From Escherichia coli (GTDB taxonomy: Bacteria > Pseudomonadota > Gammaproteobacteria > Enterobacterales > Enterobacteriaceae): a stretch of DNA of 64,000 bases. The notes below the pieces were generated by a model. The model was given only the letters and a program-made list of their open reading frames with translations, ran no database searches and was not told the DNA's origin. Positions 1 through 12,504 of the stretch are shown here, piece after piece. The DNA is taken from assembly GCF_003334765.1 (NCBI RefSeq), contig NZ_QOWT01000002.1. One strand, 5' to 3'. Numbering within the stretch: the first letter of the stretch is position 1; every line of letters starts with the position of its first letter. The translations under genes and the position numbers were made by a program.

Positions 1-870
1 ATTGATGTCGATACCTTTCGTGGCACCCGTGAAGGCGTGCCGCGTCTGCTGGAAATCTTGAGTAAGCATAATATTCAGGCCAGCATTTTTTTCAGCGTCG
101 GCCCGGACAATATGGGCCGCCATCTCTGGCGACTGGTGAAGCCACAGTTTTTGTGGAAGATGCTGCGCTCAAACGCGGCATCGCTTTATGGCTGGGATAT
201 TTTACTGGCAGGTACGGCCTGGCCAGGTAAAGAGATTGGTCATGCCAATGCCGATATCATTCGTGAAGCGGCTAAACATCACGAAGTCGGCCTGCACGCC
301 TGGGATCACCATGCCTGGCAAGCCCGTAGCGGTAACTGGGATCGGCAAACAATGATCGACGATATTGCACGCGGTCTTCGCACTCTGGAAGAGATTATCG
401 GTCAACCGGTAACCTGTTCTGCCGCTGCGGGCTGGCGTGCCGACCAGAAGGTGATCGAAGCAAAAGAAGCGTTCCATTTGCGCTACAACAGCGATTGTCG
501 TGGGGCCATGCCGTTCCGTCCATTGCTCGAATCAGGAAACCCTGGCACTGCGCAAATTCCGGTGACCTTACCCACCTGGGATGAAGTGATTGGTCGGGAT
601 GTGAAAGCAGAAGATTTTAACGGTTGGTTACTCAACCGCATCCTGCGAGATAAAGGCACGCCGGTTTATACCATTCATGCAGAAGTTGAAGGCTGCGCTT
701 ATCAGCATAATTTTGTGGATCTCCTCAAACGCGCAGCTCAGGAAGGCGTGACATTTTGCCCTTTAAGCGAACTGTTATCAGAGACGTTGCCGCTCGGACA
801 AGTTGTTCGCGGAAATATTGCCGGACGTGAAGGCTGGCTGGGTTGCCAACAAATTGCGGGTAGTCGCTGA
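1..870 (+). CDS. arnD: ArnD, 4-deoxy-4-formamido-L-arabinose-phosphoundecaprenol deformylase (5'-truncated by window edge)
   Basis: Frame open from position 1 with no start codon in window; translated sequence recognised as ArnD C-terminal ~290 aa; stop TGA overlaps arnT ATG at 868-872. Confidence 0.9.
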
Positions 871-2522
871 TGAAATCGGTACGTTACCTTATCGGCCTCT
901 TCGCGTTTATTGCCTGCTATTACCTGTTACCGATCAGCACGCGTCTGCTCTGGCAACCCGATGAAACGCGTTATGCGGAAATCAGTCGAGAAATGCTGGC
1001 ATCCGGCGACTGGATTGTGCCCCATCTGTTAGGGCTACGTTATTTCGAAAAACCCATTGCCGGATACTGGATTAACAGCATTGGGCAATGGCTATTTGGC
1101 GCGAATAACTTTGGTGTGCGGGCAGGCGTTATCTTTGCGACCCTGTTAACTGCCGCGCTGGTGACCTGGTTTACTCTGCGCTTATGGCGCGATAAACGTC
1201 TGGCTCTACTCGCCACAGTAATTTATCTCTCATTGTTTATTGTCTATGCCATCGGCACTTATGCCGTGCTCGATCCGTTTATTGCATTCTGGCTGGTGGC
1301 GGGAATGTGCAGCTTCTGGCTGGCAATGCAGGCACAGACGTGGAAAGGCAAAAGCGCAGGATTTTTACTGCTGGGAATCACCTGCGGCATGGGGGTGATG
1401 ACCAAAGGTTTTCTCGCCCTTGCCGTGCCGGTATTAAGCGTGCTGCCATGGGTAGCGACGCAAAAACGCTGGAAAGATCTCTTTATTTACGGCTGGCTGG
1501 CGGTTATCAGTTGCGTACTGACGGTTCTCCCTTGGGGACTGGCGATAGCGCAGCGGGAGCCTAACTTCTGGCACTATTTTTTCTGGGTTGAGCATATTCA
1601 ACGCTTTGCACTGGATGATGCCCAACATAGAGCTCCGTTCTGGTACTACGTGCCGGTCATCATTGCCGGTAGCCTGCCGTGGCTGGGATTACTCCCCGGT
1701 GCACTGTACACAGGCTGGAAAAACCGCAAGCATTCCGCAACCGTCTATTTGTTGAGCTGGACGATAATGCCGCTGCTGTTTTTCTCCGTCGCTAAAGGTA
1801 AATTGCCCACCTATATTCTTTCCTGCTTTGCATCTCTGGCAATGCTGATGGCGCATTACGCTTTGCTGGCAGCAAAAAATAATCCTCTGGCGCTGCGGAT
1901 TAATGGCTGGATTAACATCGCTTTTGGCGTCACTGGCATTATTGCCACATTTGTGGTCTCCCCGTGGGGACCAATGAACACGCCGGTGTGGCAAACCTTC
2001 GAGAGCTATAAAGTCTTTTGTGCCTGGTCGATTTTTTCGCTATGGGCATTTTTCGGCTGGTACACCTTAACAAACGTCGAAAAGACCTGGCCTTTTGCCG
2101 CGCTTTGCCCGCTGGGGCTGGCGTTGCTGGTAGGATTTTCAATTCCTGACAGAGTTATGGAAGGAAAACATCCGCAATTTTTTGTCGAGATGACACAAGA
2201 ATCACTTCAGCCAAGCCGCTATATTCTTACTGATAGCGTCGGTGTTGCCGCAGGTCTGGCATGGAGCCTGCAACGCGATGACATCATCATGTATCGCCAG
2301 ACAGGTGAGTTGAAATACGGCCTTAATTATCCGGATGCGAAAGGGAGATTTGTCAGCGGTGATGAGTTCGCAAACTGGCTTAATCAACATCGTCAGGAGG
2401 GGATTATTACTCTCGTGCTTTCGGTTGACCGCGATGAAGATATCAACAGTCTCGCCATTCCGCCCGCAGATGCCATCGATCGTCAGGAGCGTCTGGTGCT
2501 GATTCAGTATCGTCCCAAATGA
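870..2522 (+). CDS. arnT: ArnT, undecaprenyl-phosphate 4-amino-4-deoxy-L-arabinose transferase (lipid A modification)
   Basis: 550-aa ORF, strongly hydrophobic multi-pass membrane protein; start overlaps arnD stop; operon context. Confidence 0.95.
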
Positions 2523-2854
2523 TCTGGCTAACATTAGTCTTTGCCAGCTTGCTTAGCGTTGCCGGGCAGTTGTGTCAGAAACAGGCAACCTGCTTTGTGG
2601 CGATAAACAAACGGCGCAAACATATCGTGCTGTGGCTGGGACTGGCGCTGGCTTGTCTTGGTCTTGCCATGGTGCTCTGGCTGCTGGTCTTGCAGAACGT
2701 ACCGGTAGGCATTGCTTACCCGATGTTAAGTCTGAATTTTGTCTGGGTGACGCTGGCTGCAGTAAAACTGTGGCACGAACCGGTATCGCCGCGTCACTGG
2801 TGTGGGGTGGCGTTCATTATTGGCGGCATTGTGATCCTCGGGAGTACGGTGTAA
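2519..2854 (+). CDS. arnE: ArnE, small membrane flippase subunit for undecaprenyl-phosphate-L-Ara4N
   Basis: 111-aa hydrophobic ORF; ATG overlaps arnT stop (ATGA at 2519-2522). Confidence 0.92.
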
Positions 2855-3240
2855 TGGGCCTGATGTGGGGATTATTCAGCGTCATTATTGCCTCAGTTGC
2901 GCAATTAAGCCTGGGTTTTGCGGCGAGTCATCTGCCGCCGATGACGCACTTATGGGATTTTATCGCGGCTCTGTTAGCTTTTGGCCTGGATGCCCGGATA
3001 CTGTTACTCGGGCTGCTGGGTTATCTGCTTTCCGTTTTTTGTTGGTATAAAACGCTTCATAAACTTGCGCTAAGCAAAGCCTATGCCTTGCTCAGTATGA
3101 GTTATGTGCTGGTATGGATTGCTTCAATGGTACTTCCCGGCTGGGAAGGGACTTTTTCGCTGAAAGCACTACTGGGAGTAGCCTGTATTATGAGCGGGTT
3201 GATGCTGATTTTCCTGCCCACGACAAAACAACGTTACTGA
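2854..3240 (+). CDS. arnF: ArnF, small membrane flippase subunit
   Basis: 128-aa hydrophobic protein starting MGLMWGLF at the ATG overlapping arnE stop (TAATG at 2852-2856); the ORF track shows a longer same-frame ORF from 2572 that I reject. Confidence 0.88.
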   Translation: MGLMWGLFSVIIASVAQLSLGFAASHLPPMTHLWDFIAALLAFGLDARILLLGLLGYLLSVFCWYKTLHKLALSKAYALLSMSYVLVWIASMVLPGWEGTFSLKALLGVACIMSGLMLIFLPTTKQRY

Positions 3241-3500
3241 GTTTTCCCTGCCACTTTACACTGCCGTTCCCACTCATCGGGGCTATAACTGCTTGCCGAG
3301 AGGACTTTCACCGTATGCAGCTTTTCACGATTAATACAATAAAGCGCATTCTGCAAAGGCGAGAGTAAATCCCCCACTTTCACGGCGAAGTCACTCTTCA
3401 CTTCGGCGATCATTTTTATCGCGCCGCCAGCATCGCAGAGCATAAGTACATGTCTGTTATCTTGTTTATTGCAGCACGATTTTTTGACCAGCCATTCCAT
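3234..3500 (-). CDS. pmrD: PmrD, connector protein linking PhoPQ to PmrAB (BasRS) signalling
   Basis: 88-aa product starting MEWLVKK recognised as PmrD; ORF track allows a 10-codon upstream extension to 3530; stop overlaps arnF stop tail-to-tail. Confidence 0.85.
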   Translation of the reverse strand: MEWLVKKSCCNKQDNRHVLMLCDAGGAIKMIAEVKSDFAVKVGDLLSPLQNALYCINREKLHTVKVLSASSYSPDEWERQCKVAGKTQ

Positions 3501-3609
3501 TGCATTATCCTGTTTGCTAAGAGTTTTCACATCAATTTACAGATTAACAGATAAACTCTTTATCAACGGCAATGGAATGGCAGAAATGAGAAGTGAAACG
3601 GAGGGTTAA

Positions 3610-4965
3610 TTATTGCTGACGTTGCACCCACTCTTTTAGCGCCTGACGTGAAATTTTAATACCGCCGTTTTTCAGCTCCGGCGGCAGAGTTAGCCAGCGC
3701 ACCGGTTGTTGAAAACGGGCCAGCTTATCTTTCACCCATTCACTAAGATCAACGCTCTCGTGGTCATACTCCATCACCGCCACCGGTCGATGACCAAACT
3801 CCTTGTCGGCAACGGGGACGATAAACACCTGCAAAACCGCAGGATGTGCAGCAATTACGCGCTCGACTTCTTCCGGCTGAATACCCTCTCCGCCACTGAA
3901 GAATAGATTGTCTAAACGTCCGACAATGGTCAGCTTGCCATTATGCATCTCACCGCGATCGCGCGTAGCGTACCAGCCTTCGTCATTAACCAGTGAAACC
4001 AGTTGCCCGTTACGCCAGTAACCTTCTGCCATACTGGCAGCCCGCAGCCACACTTCATTATTAACGATTTTCACTTCCCGACCCGGCAGCGGCGAACCAA
4101 CGTCTGCCAGGCCGTCGGCTTCTTTCGCACACACCGTGGAGGCAAACTCGGTCAGACCATAGCCGCAAAAGCAACGAATCCCCTGCTCGCGCGCCTGTTC
4201 CGTCAACTCGACCGGGATAGCCGCGCCGCCAAGTAACACCGCTTTCAGGGAAACGGAACTACGGTTAACCAGCAAACGCCAGAGTTGTGTTGGCACCAGT
4301 GAAGCGTGAGTACAGCCTGCCAGCATTTGCTCCAATGGCTGTTTATCACGTACCGTCATCCGCGCACCAGCGTATAACCAGCGCCACATAATTCCCTGAC
4401 CGGAGACGTGAAACAGCGGTAAAGAGAGCAACCAATCATCGTGATCGCCAAACGGAATCAGCGATAACACACCTTGCGCACTGGCAAGATGGGCCTGATA
4501 AGTATGGACAGCGGCTTTCGGCAAACCGGTAGAACCCGAGGTCAACGTCATTGAGCACAGACGCGTCGGCTGCCACGTAGCGGCATGTGCGCCTTCAACC
4601 AGCTGAATGTGCAGCGACGTTAATGCCGGAAACGTGTTTTCCCCATCCGGCACCAGAGCAAATTGCAGCGTCAGATTGGGCAGCAATTCTTCAAGCAACG
4701 GTTGCGGCAGCTGAGGGTTCACGGGCAACACCCGCGCCCCGCATTGCAGTAACGCCAGCCAGGCGAGCAGCGTTTGCGGCGTATTCCACGCCCGCAACAT
4801 CACGCCGCTGCCCTCAACCACCCCCTGCACCGCAAATCCGGAGGCTAATTCATCGACGCGAGCACAAAGCTCGCGCCAGTTGAGTTGCTCGTCATTAAGA
4901 CGTAAGGCGATGGTTTCTCCCCGCACTTGCCGCCAGTGACGCCACGGCCAGTCAGAGAAGATCAT
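3610..4965 (-). CDS. menE: MenE, o-succinylbenzoate-CoA ligase
   Basis: 451-aa ORF with AMP-binding motif [10 protein letters not shown]; start overlaps menC stop; men operon context. Confidence 0.95.
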
Positions 4966-5924
4966 AACAACCGCTCCAGTGCATCAACTTCCACGACAGG
5001 CAGCGTGCTACCCGGCCAGCGACGTACCTGCTGCGCCTGCATCAGATCCAGCGTGTCCAGCCCTGGAATGGTGTCCGGCGTTAACCAGGCGGCAATCCGC
5101 GCCAGTTGCGTTAAGCCTAAGCTCGATTCAATGGAAGAACTGATCACCGCCGTCAGCCCCAGCGCGTGCGCCGCCTGTACCTGCTCGCGTACTTTTTCCA
5201 GACTGCCCGTGAGCGTGGGTTTGATAACTACCGCGCGCACGCCCTCTTCAGCCACAAAGGCAAAATCCGGCTCGCGCAGGCTTTCATCCCAGGCAATGGC
5301 AATGCCGGTTTCACGGGCAAACGCTCGCGAATCATCGCGGGTTTTGCACGGCTCTTCGAGAAACGCGATGCGGTCGCGATAATCCGGGTTAACGTATTTG
5401 GCAAACTGCTGACCTTTCAGCGGTGTCCAGGCGCGATTTGCGTCAAGACGCAAATGCAGATCCGGAATTGCCTCCAGCAACAGATTCACCACCATGCCGT
5501 CGCGCACCGCTTCGTACAATCCCACTTTGACCTTCGCCACTTTCTCGCCTGGCATATCTGCAAGTTTGAGGATCAGATCGTCCGGATCGCCATTACACAG
5601 CGGTGCCGCACGGTAGTTGGCTGCTTGCGGCAACGTATCTGTCAGTTCTGCCAATGCACAGCTTACGCCAAAGGCCACGGAAGGCATCTGCGGTAGCTCG
5701 CAATCGCCTGCCAGCCAGTTATTTACCCAGGCAAGCAGCACACTTTGCGCCTCTTCCCAGGTTTCCTGACTGAAGCCCGGCAGTGGGGAGATCTCCCCCC
5801 ACCCTTCGCGCTCGCCTTCACGCAGGCAAACATACAGCCCGTCGCGGGTTTTTAACCGCCTGTCGCGCAGAACCACCCCCGCGTCCATGGGGATCTGCCA
5901 GCGGTATACCTGCGCGCTACGCAT
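4962..5924 (-). CDS. menC: MenC, o-succinylbenzoate synthase (enolase superfamily)
   Basis: 320-aa ORF recognised as MenC; overlaps menE (4 nt) and menB (1 nt). Confidence 0.95.
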
Positions 5925-6781
5925 TACGGATTCCGTTTGAATTTGCTGAAGTCAGGCTGACGTTTCTGGTTGAAGGCGTTGCGACCTTCCTGACCTTCTT
6001 CCGTCATGTAGAACAGCATGGTGGCGTTGCCCGCCAGCTCCTGCAGCCCCGCCTGCCCGTCACAGTCGGCGTTCAGTGCAGCTTTCAGGCAGCGCAGCGC
6101 CATCGGGCTGTTTTGCAGCATTTCGCGGCACCAACGGACGGTTTCTTTTTCCAGATCCGCCAGCGGTACCACGGTGTTCACAAGGCCCATATCCAGCGCC
6201 TGTTTTGCGTCGTACTGACGGCACAGGAACCAGATTTCACGCGCTTTTTTCTGCCCGACGATGCGAGCCATGTAGGAAGCGCCCCAGCCGCCGTCGAAGG
6301 AACCGACTTTCGGGCCAGTCTGACCGAAGATGGCATTATCTGCCGCGATAGTCAGGTCGCACATCATGTGCAGAACGTGACCGCCGCCGATGGAGTAGCC
6401 AGCCACCATCGCGACAACCGGTTTCGGACAGGTACGGATCTGACGCTGGAAGTCCAGCACATTCAGGTGATGTACGCCGGAATCATCTTTATAGCCGCCG
6501 TAATCACCACGCACTTTCTGGTCACCACCGGAGCAGAACGCTTTATCGCCTGCACCAGTCAGAATGATCACGCCGATGTTGTCGTCATAACGCGCATCTG
6601 CCAGCGCCTGGATCATCTCTTTTACCGTCAGAGGACGGAAGGCATTGCGCACCTGCGGACGATTAATGGTGATTTTTGCGATACCGTCGGTGGATTTTTC
6701 ATAACGAATGTCCTCGAAACCTTCGGAGCAGTCGTGCCATTCAACCGGTGCGTAAAGCATTGCTTCATCAGGATAAATCAT
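5924..6781 (-). CDS. menB: MenB, 1,4-dihydroxy-2-naphthoyl-CoA synthase (crotonase fold)
   Basis: 285-aa ORF recognised as MenB; operon context. Confidence 0.95.
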
Positions 6782-6795
6782 ATTGTGTCCTTTAG

Positions 6796-7554
6796 TCAGA
6801 AACGCAAGATCTGCGCCAGACTTGCGATTACGCCAGCGGGATTTTCCCGATGCGCGTTATGTCCGGCGCGAGGAATGACATGGCAGTCGGCAGCCAGTTC
6901 CGCCGCCAGGGCGCGGAATTTGCTGTCACGTTCACCACATAAATAATAAAACGCAAATGTGCGGGCGCTAAGGTTAGCACGTAAATCAGGCTGGACGGCG
7001 AGAGAAGTCGCCTCCAGCATGGCGGCAAGCGTTGCGCCATTATTGTTGCTGCGCAGCGCCACCAGCTCCCGGCGTTGATCGTCATTGAGTGAGGCAAAAA
7101 CAGGCTGTTGATACCAGTCGGCAAATACCGCCGTTAACGGTTCTGTGAGAAAACGCTGCACCCATTGGCGATCGGAACGCTGACGTTCCGCACGTTGTTC
7201 AGCATTTTGCAGCCCCGGATGCCCGCCTTCGACAATAACCCCACAAAGCCCCGCCAGCCCCTGGCAAGCCGCCATCATCGCCACCCGTCCACCAAGCGAG
7301 TACCCCACCAGCCAGAAGTCAAGGATGTTGTAACTAACCAAGGTTTTACGCAGTAAGTCGGTGACATCATCAAATCCATCGACGCTAATCGCCGCCGAAC
7401 CACCGTGACCTGGGAGATCAACATACAACCGTGAGTAGTCGGCAAACGCCTCGCCCACTTCTTGCCATTCGTGGCAATCGCCGGAAAAACCGTGCAAAAA
7501 CACCAGCCAGGGTAAACCTGGTTTTCCGTGTTTTGCCTGCGCGTGCAGGATCAT
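6796..7554 (-). CDS. menH: MenH, SHCHC synthase (alpha/beta hydrolase)
   Basis: 252-aa ORF with hydrolase nucleophile motif GYSLGG; start overlaps menD stop by 4 nt. Confidence 0.93.
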
Positions 7555-9221
7555 AAATGGCTTACCTGCGCCAGAAGTTGCTGGAGCGTTTGCGCACCAT
7601 CGGTGTCGTTAACCACCATTTCAATCACCGTGGTGGTTGGCGTGCGCCAGGCGTCGGCAAATGCCGTTTCAAGTTCCTGCCAGTTTTGCGGACGATGATA
7701 TTTCAGCTCGAACATCGCGGCGGCGTGCTCAAAATGGACGTTTTGCGGCATCAGATAGAAACGCTCACGCTCGCTTTGCGGCGTTGGCAACAGCGAGAAA
7801 ATTTGCCCGCCGTTGTTGTTCACCACAATTAATACCAGCGGCGCAGAAACCTGACGCAATAACGCCAGCGCGTTGAGATCGTAAAGTGCGGAGAGATCGC
7901 CCACAATCGCCAGCGTCGGTTTGCCGCTTGCCCGCTGAACGCCGGCGGCGGTCGAAAGCAGCCCGTCGATACCGCTGGCCCCACGGTTGCTGTACACCGG
8001 GTAACCTGCCGGAAGTTGCGAAAGCGCATCAATCAGACGTACCACCAGGCTGTTACCAACAAACAATTGCCCCTGTTCAGGCAGATAGTCGCAGATGCGA
8101 TGCGCCAGTTGCGCTTCGCCAAACGCATCACGGCGGGCAATAACCGCCTGCATTGCCTGTTCCGCCAGGCGCGGGATTTCAACGCACCAGGGCTGGCGTT
8201 TTTCTGCCGGATGCAGCTCCAGCCAGTCGGCAATATTGGCAATTAAGCGACGTCCGCGATGGTGTGCCGGATCAAGTCGCCCTTCAATGTCATCAACAAT
8301 CCAGTACTCTTCTGGTTCACAGCTTGCCTGCCATTGCAGGAGCCGTTTCCCCGTCAGGCTGCTTCCCAGTTGCACCACAATTTGCGCCTGCTGCAGCTCG
8401 CTGGTCGCTTTGGCATTGCCTAACCAAAGATCGGCACACGGCAGCGGCTGCCCGGTTTGTGACAGCACATCGCCAATCAGCGGCCAGCCAAGAGTTTGCG
8501 CCCACAGGGCAACTTTTTTGCCCTCTTCCGCACTCATGCGCCCGGCAACCACCACGCCGCGCTTTTGTCGCCAGAAGAACCAGTCGCGCTGTTTTTCACT
8601 TTCCAGACGAGGCGCTTCACGCAGCCACGGTTTGTCGTCCTGCCACCAGTCACCCAGACGCTGTTGCCAGCTAAGCCCGGTATCGTCCATTTCGCCATAC
8701 AGCGGTTCAGCAAACGGGCAGTTGATATGGACTCCCCCCGCATGAAGCGTACCGAGAGCGTGGTCGATGGTAGAAACCAGCCAACGTGCGGGGATATCCT
8801 GGGTCGGGCGCGGCAATGAAATACTGTGCGTGGGGTGAGAGGCGAACATTCCCGGCTGGCGAATTGCCTGATTCGCGCCGCAGTCAATTAGCTCCGGCGG
8901 GCGATCGGCGGTTAAGAGAATCAGTTTTTCTCCGGTTAACCCGGCTTCAATCAGTGCTGGATAGAGATTTGCCACCGCCGTGCCGGAGGTCACAATCACC
9001 GCCACCGGCTGCTTGCTGACTTTCGCCAGCCCCAGCGCCAGATGCCCCAACCCACGCTCATCGAAATGGGTGTGGTGAATGAATGCGGAATTCTCCGCCG
9101 CCGCTAACGTTAACGGTGTAGAACGCGAGCCTGGGGCGATACAGATGTGTCTGACGCCGTGACGCGTTAATGCTTCCAGAATGACCGCCGCCCAGCGTCG
9201 GTTAAATGCGCTTACTGACAT
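7551..9221 (-). CDS. menD: MenD, SEPHCHC synthase (ThDP-dependent)
   Basis: 556-aa protein starting [10 protein letters not shown]; ThDP motif [12 protein letters not shown]...NNNGG present; the ORF track extends the frame 117 codons further upstream (to 9572), which I treat as non-coding. Confidence 0.9.
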   Translation of the reverse strand: MSVSAFNRRWAAVILEALTRHGVRHICIAPGSRSTPLTLAAAENSAFIHHTHFDERGLGHLALGLAKVSKQPVAVIVTSGTAVANLYPALIEAGLTGEKLILLTADRPPELIDCGANQAIRQPGMFASHPTHSISLPRPTQDIPARWLVSTIDHALGTLHAGGVHINCPFAEPLYGEMDDTGLSWQQRLGDWWQDDKPWLREAPRLESEKQRDWFFWRQKRGVVVAGRMSAEEGKKVALWAQTLGWPLIGDVLSQTGQPLPCADLWLGNAKATSELQQAQIVVQLGSSLTGKRLLQWQASCEPEEYWIVDDIEGRLDPAHHRGRRLIANIADWLELHPAEKRQPWCVEIPRLAEQAMQAVIARRDAFGEAQLAHRICDYLPEQGQLFVGNSLVVRLIDALSQLPAGYPVYSNRGASGIDGLLSTAAGVQRASGKPTLAIVGDLSALYDLNALALLRQVSAPLVLIVVNNNGGQIFSLLPTPQSERERFYLMPQNVHFEHAAAMFELKYHRPQNWQELETAFADAWRTPTTTVIEMVVNDTDGAQTLQQLLAQVSHL

Positions 9222-9309
9222 GAGTTTGTCCGGTATCAATATTGCGGCTAAGTATAAGGAGCTACAAAAATAGATTATTGATATGAATCGGTAATGATGC
9301 GACTCATTA

Positions 9310-10605
9310 CTATTCCATTTGTAATAAAGTACGCAGCCCTGCCGCTTTGTTGTCGATTTCCTGCCACTCTTGCTCGGGGTCGGAACCACGGACAATGCCC
9401 GCGCCAGCATATAATCGCACGACATTGCCGCTAATTTTTGCTGAGCGCAGGGAAACGCAGAATTCGCTTTGTTGTAATGAGAGATAGCCCGCAGAACCGG
9501 CGTACCATTCTCGGGTGAACGGTTCGTGACGGGCGATAAACTGTCGCGCCAGATCGCGCGGTAAGCCAGCAACTGCTGCCGTTGGCTGCAACTGATGTAA
9601 ACAGATCACATCATCCGCTTTGTTGAGTGAAGTCCAGATACAGCGGCGAAGATGCTGCACTTTACGCAGACGCAGTACCTGCGGCGGTAAAACATCCAGC
9701 GTCTGGGTATCGGCCTGTAATCGTTGACAGATATCTTCCACCACCAGCATGTTCTCGCGCTGGTTTTTATCATCCGCCATCAGCCACTCTCCTAACTGCT
9801 GCGCCTGCTTATCATCAGGATTATTTGCTACTGTTCCCGCCAGCGCTTCAGTACGCAGCGCTTTGTCACGCCGCCGCCATAACCGTTCCGGTGAAGAGCC
9901 AAGAAAAGCATTTTCGCCATCAAAGGCCATGTAAAAATGGTAGCAATTCAGATTCAGTCGACGACTGGCAGCCATCATCGCCGCCGCGTTGACCGGACTT
10001 GCGAAATGCAGGTCAGTTGCCCGAGCGAGCACCACTTTGTCGAGCTCACCTTCGGCGATGGTTTTCGTTGCCAGTTCGATTAATTGCGTCCAGCCCGTTT
10101 TGTCCGGCCAGTGTTGTTCTCGCGTGGTGGTTAAATGTAACCCAGGCAAGGGCTTGATACTCACCAGTGTGGCGATAAATTCTTTTGCCTGAATCGCATC
10201 GTGCTGAAGGGAGCTTTCGCTGAATAGCGTCAGCCGCAGCGTGGCTTTACCGCCACAGCGTCGCCATTCCAGGCGGGGTAAAAGTAAATTGCCCTGCGAC
10301 GGGTCAAAAGCATTCAGCCCCCAAATGCGTAAGTCGGCGTGTTCCGGGTGCTGGCGAAGAAAACGTTGTGCCTGGTCCAACGACGTAAAACGGGTAATCG
10401 CGCCCAGGACGACAGCTTCTTCATCACCATTACGTTGTTGCCAGTAGAATTGCGGGTATGTTTGCTGACTGGCCAGCCAGCTCAAGGCATCAAAAGCGTC
10501 TTTGAGAGGGAAAGGAATATCGATAACCCGAATGCCGGGTGTCGCCGGAATCTCTTGCGACAAATGGCGCAGTAGATTTTCCAGCGCCGTAGTAAGTGAT
10601 TGCAC
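9310..10605 (-). CDS. menF: MenF, isochorismate synthase (menaquinone-specific)
   Basis: 431-aa chorismate-binding enzyme; GTG start codon; first gene of the men cluster. Confidence 0.93.
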   Translation of the reverse strand: MQSLTTALENLLRHLSQEIPATPGIRVIDIPFPLKDAFDALSWLASQQTYPQFYWQQRNGDEEAVVLGAITRFTSLDQAQRFLRQHPEHADLRIWGLNAFDPSQGNLLLPRLEWRRCGGKATLRLTLFSESSLQHDAIQAKEFIATLVSIKPLPGLHLTTTREQHWPDKTGWTQLIELATKTIAEGELDKVVLARATDLHFASPVNAAAMMAASRRLNLNCYHFYMAFDGENAFLGSSPERLWRRRDKALRTEALAGTVANNPDDKQAQQLGEWLMADDKNQRENMLVVEDICQRLQADTQTLDVLPPQVLRLRKVQHLRRCIWTSLNKADDVICLHQLQPTAAVAGLPRDLARQFIARHEPFTREWYAGSAGYLSLQQSEFCVSLRSAKISGNVVRLYAGAGIVRGSDPEQEWQEIDNKAAGLRTLLQME

Positions 10606-10683
10606 GCGGACCTCTCCCTGTTAAAAGCCTCACATTATACGGGGTACTACAAAAAAAATGCAGTACCCCGGTGTAGGGAGGTT

Positions 10684-10989
10684 TTAACGGCGTGCCAGCA
10701 ACAGTCCTAGTACCAGCCCAACGGCCGCGCCCACACCAATTCCTTGCCAGGGTTTTTCGTGGACGTAGTCATCAGCACGATAAACTGCCTGCTTCGCCCG
10801 ATAGTAATAACTGTCTGAAGCCTGGCTAACCCGTTTTTTCACATCATCCAGCGCTTTTTCTGCACGCGCTTTCAGCTCAACATATTTCTGATCGGCGGGA
10901 TCGCCAGAGGAGCGGAGCACCTCTTCCAGTGTTTCACTAAGCAGCGTCAGGTCGTCATCGATACGTGTATCACCAAACTGATTAGACAT
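10684..10989 (-). CDS. elaB: ElaB, small tail-anchored membrane protein (DUF883 family)
   Basis: 101-aa ORF with C-terminal hydrophobic anchor GAAVGLVLGLLLA; recognised as ElaB. Confidence 0.9.
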   Translation of the reverse strand: MSNQFGDTRIDDDLTLLSETLEEVLRSSGDPADQKYVELKARAEKALDDVKKRVSQASDSYYYRAKQAVYRADDYVHEKPWQGIGVGAAVGLVLGLLLARR

Positions 10990-11043
10990 TCTCGTTCTCC
11001 ATTTGCGTAAAACCTGTCACTAACTATAGACAAGGGTTGTTGA

Positions 11044-11505
11044 TTACGCCTGAATTACCTCGCGTGCCATCCCAATGTGTGGGATACCATCTTCTTCATA
11101 GACCTCCGTCACAGGGATAAAACCGAAACTCTGGTAGAAGTTTTGCAGATGCGCCTGCGCCCCGAGGTAAACAGGCTTATCAGGCCAGTGATGCGTACAT
11201 GTTTCGAGTGTTTTACTCATCAGCTGCTGCCCCACTTTTTCGCCACGCAACGCTTCACTGACAATCACCCGACCTATAACGACCGGCTCAAGATCATCAT
11301 CACTTTTCAGAATCCTCGCATACGCCACCAGTTCATCATTTTTCCAACCGAGAATATGGCGATTATCCCCCGTCAAATCATCACCATCGATATCCTGATA
11401 AGGGCAATTCTGCTCGACAACAAACACCGCGCAACGCAGTTGTAATAAGGCATAAAGCTGGGAAACCGATAATTCAGAGTGATGCAGATCTTGCCATTCA
11501 ATCAT
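11044..11505 (-). CDS. elaA: ElaA, GNAT-family N-acetyltransferase
   Basis: 153-aa ORF recognised as ElaA; divergent from rbn. Confidence 0.9.
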   Translation of the reverse strand: MIEWQDLHHSELSVSQLYALLQLRCAVFVVEQNCPYQDIDGDDLTGDNRHILGWKNDELVAYARILKSDDDLEPVVIGRVIVSEALRGEKVGQQLMSKTLETCTHHWPDKPVYLGAQAHLQNFYQSFGFIPVTEVYEEDGIPHIGMAREVIQA

Positions 11506-11569
11506 AATGCTCTCCTTTTAGATGTATGCCTTATACTAGCCGGAATATTTTTTGAAACGTGATGAACTC

Positions 11570-12487
11570 ATGGAATTAATTTTTTTAGGTACTTCAGCCG
11601 GTGTGCCAACCCGCACGCGCAATGTCACGGCAATATTGCTTAACCTGCAACATCCGACCCAGAGCGGACTTTGGTTGTTTGACTGCGGTGAAGGCACCCA
11701 GCATCAGCTACTGCATACCGCCTTTAACCCTGGAAAACTGGACAAGATTTTTATCAGTCACCTTCATGGCGATCATCTTTTTGGTTTACCCGGCTTGCTG
11801 TGCAGTCGTTCTATGTCAGGCATTATCCAACCCTTAACGATTTATGGTCCGCAAGGTATCCGTGAATTTGTGGAAACCGCGCTGCGGATTAGCGGCTCAT
11901 GGACCGATTATCCGCTGGAAATTGTCGAAATTGGCGCTGGCGAAATTCTCGATGATGGCCTGCGCAAAGTAACCGCTTATCCGCTGGAACACCCACTGGA
12001 ATGTTATGGCTATCGTATTGAAGAACATGATAAACCGGGTGCATTAAATGCCCAGGCATTAAAAGCTGCTGGCGTGCCGCCTGGCCCACTGTTTCAGGAA
12101 TTAAAAGCGGGCAAAACAATCACGCTGGAAGATGGAAGGCAGATTAACGGCGCAGATTACTTAGCTGCTCCAGTGCCAGGTAAAGCGCTCGCTATTTTCG
12201 GCGATACCGGCCCCTGCGATGCCGCACTTGACCTGGCTAAAGGTGTCGATGTCATGGTGCACGAAGCGACGCTGGATATAACCATGGAAGCCAAAGCCAA
12301 TAGTCGCGGCCATAGCTCTACACGCCAGGCTGCGACACTAGCCCGTGAGGCTGGAGTCGGCAAGCTAATCATTACCCACGTCAGCTCGCGCTATGATGAC
12401 AAAGGTTGTCAGCACCTGTTACGTGAATGCAGGTCAATTTTCCCGGCGACTGAACTGGCGAATGATTTCACCGTGTTTAACGTTTAA
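11570..12487 (+). CDS. rbn: RNase BN / RNase Z (metallo-beta-lactamase fold tRNA 3' processing nuclease)
   Basis: 305-aa protein starting [11 protein letters not shown] with HLHGDH zinc motif; ORF track starts at an upstream TTG (11552), ATG at 11570 preferred. Confidence 0.9.
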
Positions 12488-12504
12488 CTCTGCTTATTAT
12501 TAAA

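Noticed and set aside
2572-3240. 222-aa ORF in the arnE/arnF region.
   Set aside because: The frame is merely open through arnE in another register; the real gene is arnF, starting at the ATG overlapping the arnE stop (2854).
8095-8745. Several 60-220 aa ORFs on both strands inside menD (8095-8745, 8153-8674, 8534-8887 and others).
   Set aside because: All lie within the MenD coding region in alternative frames; translations are Ala/Arg/Ser-rich, typical of out-of-frame GC-rich sequence.
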